This document shows, piece by piece, positions 26,171 through 39,214 of a stretch of 64,000 nt of DNA. Numbering within the stretch: position 1 is the first letter of the stretch; each line of letters begins with the position of its first letter. Location: the NCBI GenBank assembly GCA_051362555.1, contig CM120642.1, positions 21,204,001 to 21,268,000 of the forward strand, read 5' to 3'. The notes below the pieces were generated by a model. It worked only from the letters and a program-made list of their open reading frames with translations, searched no databases and was not told the DNA's origin. The DNA comes from Lingula anatina. Taxonomy: Eukaryota; Animalia; Brachiopoda. The position numbers were made by a program, and so were the translations under genes.

Positions 26171-27429
26171 TTACAGAGTCCCTCCTCCTAAGCTTTTTCC
26201 ACAGCCTATTTTTGTTCCTGGCATAAAATAGATTATTCATTTAATTAATTTCAGAGTTAATTGTGTTTTTTTTTTCAATACGAACGACAGAAGCTTCTGA
26301 ACAATTGTTTATTATTTTTATAACAGTCATAAATTACGCCTTTCCGAGGGCGGCCATTTGACGTCCATATATGCCACCAGAGCTTTTTCTTTTCTCGCAG
26401 CTGACTCGACGCTTGAGTTAAGATTTATGGTGTACTGAGCATCCAGCCTCTCCATCTGCTTCACGGACAATGTTGCTTAGGCCGGTCAGGGTACCGTTGA
26501 TCTCGTTCTCTATTTGTTGTGAACCGTCTAAAATGACTTTAACTTTAATTTATAACTGTACTGAATTTCAGTGTGTCAATTTCCATTAACGAATTAACTA
26601 ATCTATGGGCTCCGACATGACTCCAGATTCGACTCAGTCTTTCACTTTACGTGCACAGAGAAGCATAACAGAACAACCTCACATCTTCAATCTCAGATCA
26701 AAAGTGTCTTTATTATGGACAAGCTTCAAGTTATATACAGATTATCTACATGGAATCTATGTTTACATGTGGCTGCTACTTATTTACATACTAATTGTTG
26801 TGCAATATTAACAGGTGATATGCATCTGCCTAAGGAATAGGCCTACCTATGGGCCTCTACCGAAAATACTATTTATGTATGCAGGACAGACGCAAATTAT
26901 ATAATAACACGTTGATTAACTATGAAGACACAATGTGGAATTAGTGCAGGATTCCACACGCCTTCCCCTCTTTATAAAAAATAATGGTACATTATTTTTA
27001 AAATTATATCAACGTGAACAATAAAAGTTCCCGGAATATAAAAATCCTTTTCATTAAACTCAATAAAGCCATCTAAACAGTTATGCCAAATTTTAATTTG
27101 GGATGCTTGATCCGTATGTATAAATGTATCCTTTGAACAAATTTTACATTGTTTTCAGAGTTAATATATATCATATTCCTATCACATACCATTACTACAT
27201 CAACAATAATAATTATTATGATATTAACTCCTAATTTTACCTAATTTCATACTTCTAAAATTAACATTGGAGATTTTATCTTTAAGAGATATTTAATCAA
27301 ATATATACCTGTATATATATTTATATACAATTACAATAATAGCCAAATCATTAATTGTTTTTAAGCATTTTTCCCAAATATCACGTCATTTATACAATAC
27401 TCTGTTTAGACAAATCATTAAATTCTGCT

Positions 27430-28760
27430 TTAAACACATCATTATCCGATAGTTCAGTTATAACATATCTTTATACAAAACTCTGGAATGATCTGTAGAT
27501 CTTCAACAGATTTTGTTTTTCATTCTGTTCGGGTGTCCAGTTCACCCAACCTCTACCAGCCAAACCTGGCAGAGTAGCCGGATTAGTCGCCGGACTACTC
27601 GACTCTTCTCTCTATTATGCACTTTTCAACCTTTTCACCGATTCCATAACGTTCAATCCCCGGTCCGTTTCGGGGTCGTTGGGGTGTGGATGTGGGAGCC
27701 TTTCCTTCCAGGGTCGGCACGTAACGTAGAGCTCGACGCTGATCCAGGGTCGCAGTGTCGCAGACCTTGTTGCTGAAAGAGACTCTTGCCACCAAAACCC
27801 ATACAAAAGATTGCAACAGATCCCGACAAAAAAACTGATATCTATTAAACATAAATTGTGGTTAATCCAACCCTTACATAAGCATCTGTAGATAGTCAGG
27901 CTTCTCATCTAAAGGGAAAAAAATGGAATTATTAATATAACATACATTATAAAATACAATTTCATAAATATTTGATCATTTTACAACTACATTAAGACAC
28001 AAGCTGACCACCCTCCTGATCCGCACTTGCTAGATCAAGTTGAATAAATCAGCTTGGGCTGTGGTTTTCCGGAATCAGGCTCGATCGCCTTACCTAAAGG
28101 AGAAAAAATAAGAGCTTTAATAAATATACAACATTCAAAAATCAATATCCAACCTTGCCAGACCTACTGTTATCGTTCTGATCTGCACTTGCTAGGCCAA
28201 GTAAAGTAAATTTCCTCAAAATTTGTAGGTCTTATGTGTCCTTTAAAGTACACCCATACATTTATAAAACATTAAAACATAATCCCATGGACACTCTTCG
28301 ACATCTTGTTTTGAAGTTCCCTTCACTTCTCGACTTTTCCTTCTGGTTTCATTTCAGACTCTGCAGAAATGTCATTATTTTGCTGGTCCAAACAGCCATA
28401 TTGTCTCTGTAACAAGTCGGCTAGCTTAGATAGGCTTTCTACCAGTCTGCCGTTAATGTTATAGTCCTTTTCAGAATCCCAGTCATCATCTTCATACACA
28501 TACTCATCTTCAAAGTTGGCTCCATAGCTATATGCCTCCCCCGAGGTGACCCTGATCGAGCTCGCCATTATGTAGGGGTCCATGTTCCTCCTTACCCAGG
28601 TTCTTCTAATATTTCGCTTGTCACTGATGCCTGGGAGAGGGGATATAACCACTAACTCACATATTCAGTTCCAAGTCTGAAGTCCCTCTATTAGGTCCAA
28701 GCATTCATGACACATTATCTCCAGGGAATCTATCTGCATGCCACAGTGGCAGCAACTGAT
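27430..28760 (-). pseudogene. Unidentified coding-like remnant with a CxxC-x(10)-CxxC motif, an acidic tract and splice acceptors
   Basis: SCCHCGMQIDSLEIMCHEC; FEDEYVYEDDDWDSEKD; raised GC; acceptors ccctttAG at ~27910 and cctttAG at ~28094; interrupted by stops. Confidence 0.35.
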
Positions 28761-29339
28761 TTTTAAAAATACTAATTGTAATGCAGTACATGGACATAAT
28801 CTCCTATTATGTCCATGTGCAGTAGTTTCTACTTGTCAGATATGCATTTGCCCCAGGCATACTTAGTTATACAGAGAATGATAAATATTCATGCAAGACT
28901 GAAGCAAAGTGAATGATAATGATGACTGATTATATAAACATAATATGTAAATGAGTAAGTTTATCACTTGCCTTCAGTGGACCTTTACATATTTTATCAG
29001 GCTGTAGCGATTCAAACGCCTGCAACTTTACAGGCAACTGTACAATTTTTTCATTTACTATCTGACAATTTGCTGCATTATTAGAGCCATTGTTCCAATT
29101 GAGGGTATGGTGTTTGGCTACGCCGGTCACGGGGGTCGTGGATCCATTAATCATCATCTTAATACACAAACGGAGGGGTAGGTGTTCAAATAAACAGTGC
29201 GTCTTCACATGTCAGAGAGTTCAGGCAATGACGTCACCACAGGATAATTACCCCCCAAAATTAGGCTTACGCTTACAGTGGGTAAAACGTGATGGGCAGA
29301 TCTAGAGAGAAGAGGGGGGGGGGGGCGGATTTTATTCAA

Positions 29340-30640
29340 TTTAGTACCCCAGAAAGTTGTATTCCCCTTTAAGCGCTTGGGTCAAAAGCAAGTCCGCAGG
29401 TGTAAGACAATTTTCCAGGATGAAGTCGTGTAATATACCACTGTGGTCATTAAAGCGTTTGTCCTTGTACCATCGTAAGCACGTCCTTATCTGTGGGCAG
29501 CTGGGCATTAAAGTCACCACAGAGCGCAGTGGGCGCAGATGATGCATATGTTTCTATTAGAGAATGAAGGCAGGCGATGGTATCTATATACTCCTCTGTA
29601 CTAGTCCCATTACCACATTCAAAGCATGGCATATAAACCGATGCCGCTACTAGAACTATATTACCGGTGGAATCAAAAACTCCAATAGCACATATTTTAT
29701 TACTATCAACTACCAGTTCACTTATCGTAACGTTTGACATCTGTCTCGCGATTAAAGATACACCACCAAATGGTCGGCCAGAGTAAGGAAAGTCTAGCTC
29801 TCCCATAGCACTTTTCCCATAAGTTTTGAATGTACCTGGAGTTACGTGTAAAATCTCGGGGAGGAGAGAGATATCATGTGGCCTTAGCCAAGTTTTAGAT
29901 AGGCATAGTATGTCACAAGACTCTAACCTATCTTGTAAGTAATCAACTGAGCTCTTCAGGACCTTACAGTTAAAACTCTCGACAATAATCTGTTGTATAT
30001 TTTGTGACCCAACATTACTTTTAGTAGAAATAGTTTCTCGCATATCGTGAGGATTGCTGTCTCCCGTGAGATTCGTACCTATGTGATCTCTCCTTATATT
30101 TGTCGTAGTCCCTTCCGTTGTCGTAGGTGTATCGGTGTGTCGTCTCCCACTCGTCGGACCGTCTCCTGTTGTTCTCTCCTAAATAGCGGTGGTAGGTGTC
30201 GGGTGAATTACGTTGCCCGTTGGAGTAGTGGCTTCGTGAGAGTCACCGCCATGCCTCCCGGACCTTACGTTTGGGTGCTTACGGTTATCCCTTCGTGTGA
30301 GGGTGGGGGTCTTGTTGCATTATTGTTACGAAAGGTCTGGATTTTTATATTGCCATTCCAGTTGTCAGTGTTCAAAACAAGCTTTTTATACACTGCTGGT
30401 ATCTTAATGACGAAAGATTTTTACCGTACTTCTCAGACAGCAGTCTCCAGGAAACCCCGTCGATCCACATGCTTGAAACATGAGCTACCATATCATCAAC
30501 ATCATTTACAGGGGACACATTACCAACAAAAATATTTACATTGTTACGGGTTGTGCTTGCATCGGCAGAGGTGACGGGTTTGATGTGGAGAGTCTGTTCA
30601 TCACCTACAACTTCGAGATTGCTGGAATCTTGGTTATCCG
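29340..30640 (-). mobile_element. LINE 5' portion: ORF1 C-terminus (RRM-like) and ORF2 APE endonuclease
   Basis: ORF1: NIFVGNVSP..SFVIKIP..VLNTDNWNGNIKIQTF. EN: SFNCKVLKSS..CDILCLSKTWL..GRPFGGV..SVYMP..LCGDFNA. Confidence 0.85.
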
Positions 30641-30886
30641 CTGGGATATTTGCATCAGCATGCGGAAAATTTTTTGCAATCAGATCTTGATTTTGATGAT
30701 GAAAACTAAAATCGAACTCATCGAACTCTTCTTAATGTAATTAATATCTTATATAATGAGTCACACTCGACTGATCTAAAGTGCCAAGCACATATCTATT
30801 TATTGTATTATTATTTTTTTTATATCTGAAATGATATGGAAAAATATAATCTAATAAGAATATCAAGTAAAAATGCTGTTTAAGAA

Positions 30887-31148
30887 CAGCGGCGCTTTTA
30901 AGGGGGGTGTCAGGGGGTCGTGACCTCCCTTCGATTTCTGAAAAAAAAATCACACCAATGGTCCCCACTTGAAATTGGAATTTTGACTTACTGAAACATA
31001 GTTCTAAACAGTACCGAAAGGCACCGTTCGCCCTCTAAAATACCAAATTTTTACGGCGGGCCCCGAGTCCCACGCCAAAGCATCCGCGGCCTGTAAGTCC
31101 TGAAAACCGGACCCCCCCCCCCTTAAAATAATCCTGGATCCGCCCCTG
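30887..31148. mobile_element. CAGGGGCGGATCCAG-type MITE
   Basis: Degenerate left end cagcggcgc..gggggg; right end ctggatccgcccctg; related remnant at ~16430-16545. Confidence 0.55.
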
Positions 31149-32585
31149 ATGAATATACAGTGTGGCTTTTTTTTTTTAATTAAGTATTAACATCGAACGC
31201 AACTCAGCAGGTTACGGTATGCACCATTTCGGTTTGGTTAGATTATTGTCCCTAACCCCCAAATGAGTTTTTAAGAGAAAGATAGAAGAAAAGAGACAGA
31301 GAGAGAATCAAGATGCAAAATTGGTGAGTTGTAAGGTTCTAATTAATATTCACCGATCGACAAGAAGTAAGCAAAAAGAGTCTTGGATTTTCAAACACTT
31401 AGAAAAAAAATAATAGGGAGGAAAATATGGGGTGGATTAGCTAGGTGTCATCTTCAAGACAACATTACTTGAATAAATTCCGGAATGAATGCATAGTGAA
31501 ACTTCTTTAAATTTTTTAAAAAGATTTTCCGAAAAAGAGGAAGGAGATTACATTTCCTCAGGGGAAATGCTTTCAAATAACAGGAACAAAATAGAACTTT
31601 ACAGATGTATTCTTGAAAGACTGTCTTTTGTGACAGGAAAAAGAATAAAGTCATATAGATGAAAGTAATAAACAACAATTTTCAGTAATAAATTTAGCAG
31701 TACTTACTAAGTTTGAAAATTTTTGAAACTTCATAAAGCATATTTTTATTTACTGTCATTCCTTCTATGTGTCGATAATTTGAATGTATGCACCAGTGAT
31801 AAGACTGAAAAAAATTGGCAACTTTGTAGGAGAGAAACTGCTGAACGGTTGAGCGATGTGAGGTACGCACGCAACTTCCCATGCACAGCAAAACACGGTA
31901 CGGGAAAAATGACAAATAAGATACAATAATGGGTAAAAACTGAGCTTTAGAAATGGGAATTTTTATAATTTGACCTAAAGGAATGGATTAAGACGACCAA
32001 AACCTCAGATGGGAATTTTTTGTCTCTGCATTGAAGTTTGACGTCAATCAAGCTGTTATTACTTGACGGGATCTGTCAAAACTGAATGATTTGATTGGCA
32101 CGTTGTCAATCAAACGGTGAAGGAAGCTGGAACTTTACATGTTCGACAACTGTATTTATCAACTGCATTATGATTGTGATTGACGTTTGTTTATAAAACT
32201 GTCAATCAAAGTCGTGTGCTTTTGATAGCCTCCGTCAAAATTGAATTAAACCATATGAGTTTGATTGGTACCTGTCTATCACAACACTTTTGTTACCTTT
32301 GTTACCATCCAGCTCCATTAAGTCTCAATTCCTACCAATACCAGTCCTGACGTACTCGTACGTCTCGACACATACGTCTTGATAGATAACGGGACCCGAT
32401 ACTTCCCCATAACTATAAGTACCTGTAAGTGCACGTGCCGATAGAATAATTAGACTAGAGTCTGCTTTTGAAAATGCCACCTATCTAACGGTGGCACCTT
32501 ATTTAATTTTAATCAATTAAAATTATTTCTTGTAATTAAACATCAATTACCATTACCTGAGGGCCATGGGGAAGACAAATATTCA

Positions 32586-32870
32586 ATTACCGCCGCCAAG
32601 GGGGCTATGTTTTCACCCCTGTCTGTCTGTCTGTCTGTCTGTCTGTCATCATATAACTCAAAAAGTTATGGACCGATTTTGATGAAATTTTCAGGAACTG
32701 TCAGAAGTGGGCCAAGGAACAGATGATTAGGGTGATTGGTGGTGATCCGGATCAATAATCAATCAATAATCAATAATCAAAAATATTAGAAATTTAGGGG
32801 TTAAACGGCATTGGATGGAGACTTTGCTGCCTTGGCGGAGGTCTGCGCTCTCTGAGTGCTTTTATAGTTT
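32586..32870 (+). mobile_element. Short HINE/DINE-1-like element
   Basis: subTIR CCGCCAAGG ... CCTTGGCGG; (GTCT)n microsatellite; 3' stem-loop GCGCTC-TCT-GAGTGC; ends ..TAGTTT. Confidence 0.8.
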
Positions 32871-35800
32871 ACTATGTTTTACCCTCAATAACTATTTTTT
32901 ATAAATAAATAAATAAAAACTAGAATCTGTTATTAATTATTAAAATCATTATAATTACCCCCGCGACCTTGAATTTGGATACGGATTACCGTAAACATTG
33001 ACAGCGTTGCTAGCTCTCAAATGTTACTTCATTCTTCAGTAAGTAGCTTTTGCTGTGTGAAAAATAAACATACGGAGACATTTGCGCCCAAATATATACT
33101 AAGCTCCATAAAAACATGTAATTTGATCATATAAATTTTGAAAGTTCCCTTTCAGAAAATACGACCTTACTCTGAAATACTGGTACAGACTGAGAACATG
33201 CGTTTTTCAGGCGTTTTGGACAGGTAGTTTAATTTAATGCATGGGGGGGGGGGGGGGGGGGGGGGTAATATCTTCAACTTTGTAAAAGTGATCTTCTAAG
33301 AGTAGGTAGTTGAATCTGAAGTTTCGTTCACAAAGGTAATTGAAACATTTGGCAGTATTGTCCGCACGCTAGTTTTCACAGCCCCATACGAGGCTGCCAC
33401 TGGGTATTTTCCTTACCTGTGAAAGCCACTATTTACTTCCCAAGATTCGAGAAACGCTCAGTTTATTTAGCGTGAGGCACCCCATTCCTGTGACTCGTAC
33501 AGGCGGATTTTTTTCTCCGTTATTCGTGAAAGAAAGTCGTTATACCCGGTGATTCGTGATTTTTGACGCGCATTTTCAGTGAAATTTGAATTAACTTTTA
33601 TTTACTGTGATTACTGTGAATTGTAATCACACCCCCCCCCCCTCATTGGTACCCTCTCTGGGCTGTATCCTCCCGAGGGAGGTGAGAACATTTACACCTA
33701 GTCTGAGTCAGTATTAGTTTTTTATGTACTTTATAAAACACATCTGTTAAGTCAATCCTAGCTGTGACAGCTCTAGTTAACTAAGCTGTACTCACTCTAG
33801 GTCCTAAATGAACACTGTCACTAATTTTAACGTTCTATACAAATCGGGTAAACGAAAAAACGGGGGGGGGGGAGGTGAAACATAGCCAAATTATTTGATA
33901 TCAAACTTAATGGTTGGTAAGTTGTTATTATTTTTGCCATTATGATGGTAGAAAGCCTAAATCACCATCGCGGGATTAGGACCCCTAGCGCCATATCAAA
34001 TAACAAAAAAATATTTTAAATCGAAACTTGCGTTTAAAAAGCGGGTGACCTGTGCATTATTATGTAATACAGGTGAGCATTTCGGTGAGAGGTGTTCAGG
34101 TAGGACCAAGGTCAGTAGAAGATGGAGAAGACAGAGGAACTTGGTACGTTGCTGCAATTTCCACATGTAGGCCACAAATTTAGCACAGAAAATGACAGGA
34201 AATTGCCGTAGTATTGTATAGATGAGATAAGATAACGTTGTGTATTTTGTGTTGATGACAATTGCCCAGATGATGCGTTTCGCACAGGGACATTTTAGTT
34301 CTTATGACTATGGGAACATTATTATGTCCAATACACTCTCCATTAGAATTTCAAAATTAGCTCAAAGTTTGAATGATTTATTTTCTGTAATTTCAGGGAA
34401 GGAACGCACTTGCCAATGAGGAAGTGAGGGGCTTATTGCAGCTGTCCAAAGGTGTGAACAAGTCCTCAACAAGACGACTGGGCAGGTATCTGCATTCTCC
34501 TTATTGTTTTATTGTCAAGGTCATTGACATGTCTTCAAAGTATCAAAATATCTGGTTTATAAAAGTAAACTTCATACAGACAAATGCACATTCATTAATA
34601 AGATGTTGAACTATTGTGTCATTACATTCCTGGAAACGACGGGACAATTTAAGGAGGGGAGGGGTGGGGGTGGTGAACGGGGCTACGGTGTCCCTCCCTT
34701 TAAGAAGTATCTCTTCTCCATCACAAAATAACTAATCAAAACAGGAACAAGAACAAATCAAAAGCGCAAAAATATTGTACATGGCACGAAACTAGACGAA
34801 ATCCAGCTAATGTATCCTCGTATTCTCGCCCCCTCCGCCTGAAAAACGTGGCTTGGACAGTCAAAACGTGCCTAGATAATGTCTTTTTTAAGATCCTGTC
34901 AATTTTATACTAATTGGACCCATCTGCCAAATGTGTTCATTCACTGACTTTCATTTTCGTAAATATCTCCATAATCCGGGAGACTGGTCCTTTCATACCG
35001 CATCTTACATATGAATGCAAAGAAGTATGTTGTCATTAAACAGTGTGCACACAGTAGAAAAGAATAGGAATGGCACAATAGTGTTTTGTTAACATAATCG
35101 CATGTGTTCCAAAATAGCATGCTGTAAAGATATACATACTGCTTCATCAAACCGTGTCATGAATGTGATTTTCTTCGTTTATTTCAGTGGCTCCCTACTG
35201 CTGTTTACCGGGTGATTGGATGCATCGCCGATCAAAGACATCAGATTCATCTTGGACATCGCTTGCGCCCATTCCAAGATTGTCTCCCTTGTTGAAGTTT
35301 GTCTTGTGGCTTATTTGCAGAATTGACATTTGGTGTGAAATGTAATCTTTGCCTTGGATAATAATATTCTGCATAAAACGAGTATCAAAATAATTGTTGC
35401 ACGCAGCAAGAATTTTTTAATGAAACTTCTGATCAGAGAAAAAGAAAGAAATGGATATCGTCGACCTTGCATGTCGCTGGCTATACATTATAGATTTGTT
35501 TCTAAATTGTAGTACAGTACTCTATCAGCTCATATCGTTTTAAGGTATTTTATTTATTATGTATATTTATTATTGTGTCAGGGGGAGGTACCCATCAGTT
35601 CTCAAACAAAAATACGGCACTTTTTGGAGTTCACCTTTAAGAAAATAATTTTAATTCAAAAAGTATTTGCTGATAGTGATGGATTAAAACAAAAATGATA
35701 GTTATTATTATTATAAGGCGAATTTAGGTAGAATACTGTTCCTGTTCCTTCTAGTTGAAGGTAAAATTTTTCTGTGGGCAAATCTTCAATCAGCCACTTA

Positions 35801-38772
35801 GCTGTGCATTTGAGGATATTTTAAATATTTATTTTGAATTGAATTGAATTTGAGAAATTTCAAGAAGAAAAATATCTCAACTTTATTACATGAAACTTTT
35901 GAGAAACAAACGGTTACATATATTGACCGTTAAGTTTGAGAAAAGAACAAGTTGTTTATTTAACTTGCAAACACTGTACTTCAAGTTATAATGCTTTGGG
36001 AATTATAGCGTTATGAAAAAGATAAAATTTGTCCACGTGATTCCAGAATTGCCCATGTATAAGAAACGATCCTTTTTTAAATTGTGGATATACGTTTGTG
36101 ACGCATATGTTAAAAATGAACTTACTTTGGTTTCGGCGTTTTGATATTGTCTGATCAGTGACAGATACACATGTACTGTGCTGGGAGGGGTCTAAAACAA
36201 TGTTAAGAAAATGGAACCAGGGGAGAAATGGGGATTTTCACGAAATAACTGCGCATTCGTTATTGCAGTAGGGGAATACATGTTACCCACGTGATAAATA
36301 CTGCCCCTTCTTAGGGCCACCCAAATTTATCAGTATTGCACGAGTCCATTTGTGTGTTGTTCGACTTTTTGCCAATATCAAAATGTAAATGGTCTCCTGA
36401 AAAACTTCCGTGTTTATATGCATAAAAATATCTATGTAAGACTGACATTTATCATAACCTTTACATTTTTAATTTAGAAAATTCATCATGCAATTTAAAT
36501 TGATTGCTTCAGCCGGCGCAAAAAGTTGGGGGGGGGGTCTATGTTCTTTGTTCGAAGTGCTTTATTAATTGATATTTCTTTGGTCGAGAGGTGATTGAGA
36601 GGAAAAGGTCTTATTAGATGCCATTCCAGCATTGTTGGGGGTATTTTTGCCAATTGTTTCTTTATAACTGAACACCGGAGACCAGAGTAAGGGTATTAGC
36701 ATTTATGAATTATTGACTCTTAAGTTTTTTTGCGTAATCTTTTCAGTTTTGTTTGCATATTTTTCTTAAATTGTTATGACTAGAATAAGCTTGTAAATTA
36801 ACCATGTCTTTATGCCGTTTCTTGATTCGCATGTGTGCAAATTTAAGTTTTCGCTCAAAGTCGTGCCATTAACCTACCAATATTAAGGATGTAATGAAAT
36901 GAAAACAAAATAACGTAAAACACTCGATTCTTAAAAATGACTATTTTTGTCTACCTCTTTCTGTGCGAGAATCACTACGACGGCATAGAACAAGGTGTGC
37001 ATAAGTGCGAGTGCACGTAAGGGGAAGACGCCTATGTCATATATGCATTTTGAAATTTCGATATCATTCACACCACTGAAATTGGACACTTTGCTCCTCA
37101 ATGGAATTAGTAATCAATTATTAACGTCAACTTTGAACAAAGTTTGACAAGTACGATATGATTTCAATGTATCTACTAATCCTGATCAATTTTTATGTGA
37201 ATTTTGTTTTGGTAAGAATTATGTCGAAATTTTCTTTTATATAAATAAATAGAATTTGTTGTTTGAGCAGCAATTTCCAAAGTGCATAAAATCCTTCATA
37301 TGTGTTAGTCTACTATCTGGTAGACTTCTAGTATTTTTTTGTAAAAGCATGATTTATAGAATTTTTTTTAGAAATTTGACGCTATTGTAATGACTGCTAT
37401 CAACAGAAAAAACGTAACATCATATATTTTGTTTTGTATAAAACTTCTTTGAAATTACTTGGATTTTGGAGTCAATGAAATTATTGTAGTAACCAAAGTA
37501 AATTTCTAAAAAATCCCAATACATTAAAGAAATTTTAGAAATGTAAGACAAGTTTGAAGCCCAACCCCAGATTGCCGCTGAGAAACGCAACCGTCAAAGA
37601 AATAACTAAGACATTTTGTATACTTGGAAAGTCTTTATTTAGTGCCAAACAACCACGTATTAATTAAGCATTTTATTGTAAAACTACCAAGTTTAAGAAC
37701 ACTTAAATCACTACTTAATCACTTTGAATATCCGTAAGACATGCATGTAAGACATAGTTATATCTCAAAGGTGTAACATATGCAACAAATATATTACATT
37801 TCACCAATAAACGGTCAACTTAATTACTCGTTTATGGATTGGTGTTATCAATATTTACAAATATTAAAAAAAATTCAGAACAAATTTGAGAAATTGACAG
37901 TGATTAAAGAGATATAAAGCAGTTTATCAATTATTACACAAAATGTGTGCGTCACTGCCTAATAAGATCAATAACTTGTGGCTATTTTAATATTTACATG
38001 ATTTATTTGATTTATTATTACCATAGCATAAAACGTTGAAAAAGGAACATATCATGAAAATCGCTGTCGGGAAAATATATCAGTAAATTGTTGTAACTTC
38101 CAAATGACCTTTCAAAACATTCACTTTTGTCTTATGAAAAAAAAAAAAAACAAAAAAAAAAAACAAAAAAAAAAAAAAAAAAACGATGATCCCGACGATC
38201 TAAAGTTTCCATATTTGTGCATGTTTTATTCGCACGACAACGTTACGCCAAGTCACCACTCGTTACCTTGCTGGTACTTTCGCCAAAAAAGTTCGGAAAC
38301 ATCGTTATTTTGAATAGTTATAAAATAACCAGATTTAGTTACGGTAAATATTTTAACCAAATATTGTTGGATAATGAACCCACCATTTGTTAATCTTTAT
38401 CAACACACGATTTTCCCAACACATTACATTTTTTTTAATTACTGAAAAACAATTTTACGTTTCCGAACTTTCTTGGTCGCGTGTATAATAACCAACAATC
38501 TCCCAGGGCCGCTGATTCATGTGCACTTTTCTCTGACGCAGGACAGAAAAGACCCATTGTTTAACTAGAGACATATCTGTGAAAACGTGTGAATCAAACG
38601 TGAAGAATCAATCTGTGGCCCTGGTAGAGGGTAATCATTATTGTAGTACCATTTAACAAAGGCCACGGCGGCGAACTTGAAGGTCTTACGAGAAAAGAGC
38701 ACGTTGAAAGGCATAAGGGGCAGGTATCTTTACTGAAATAAACCAAACCTGTATCTGACGACCACGCAGTCT

Positions 38773-39051
38773 CAGGCCTACCCAACTACCAGACTCGGCA
38801 CCGAATGATCCTGAATTCACCGGTAGATCAGACCACACTACCCGTTTTCAAGGTGTGTGTCAGATCGCATTACACAGTATCAGACGCGACACCGCTCTTG
38901 CCTAGTACGCGATGTGATAGCGACGATTCTCAGCGGGGTTTAAAAGCATTGCATCACCACTCAAAATTTGTTCAGGGTACGGTTAGTGTGGTCTGATCTA
39001 CAGGTGAATTCAGGATCATTCGGTGCCGAGTCTGGTAGTTGGGTAGGCCTG
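38773..39051. mobile_element. CAGGCCTA-TIR MITE with a 5-bp TSD, AGTCT
   Basis: TIRs of ~65 bp; AGTCT at 38768-38772 and 39052-39056; empty site cgcAGTCTtag at ~56097. Confidence 0.92.
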
Positions 39052-39214
39052 AGTCTTAAACATGCCACGTTTCTAGTTCCCAATGCTTTATTCTAAAGGT
39101 ATCGACAGAACGATTAACATTTGTTTGAAACAGTATTTTGCGCTATCAGTTCTCCCCTTATGCCTTGAAGGGTTGACATTGTTGGCCAGTGAACCCACAA
39201 TTTTTAAAGCTCCC

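Noticed and set aside
28930-29305. ORFs next to the LINE endonuclease fragment
   Set aside because: No recognisable motif; could be a further decayed repeat, but I cannot support a call
30047-30740. 175-aa and 86-aa plus-strand ORFs
   Set aside because: Antisense shadows of LINE ORF1
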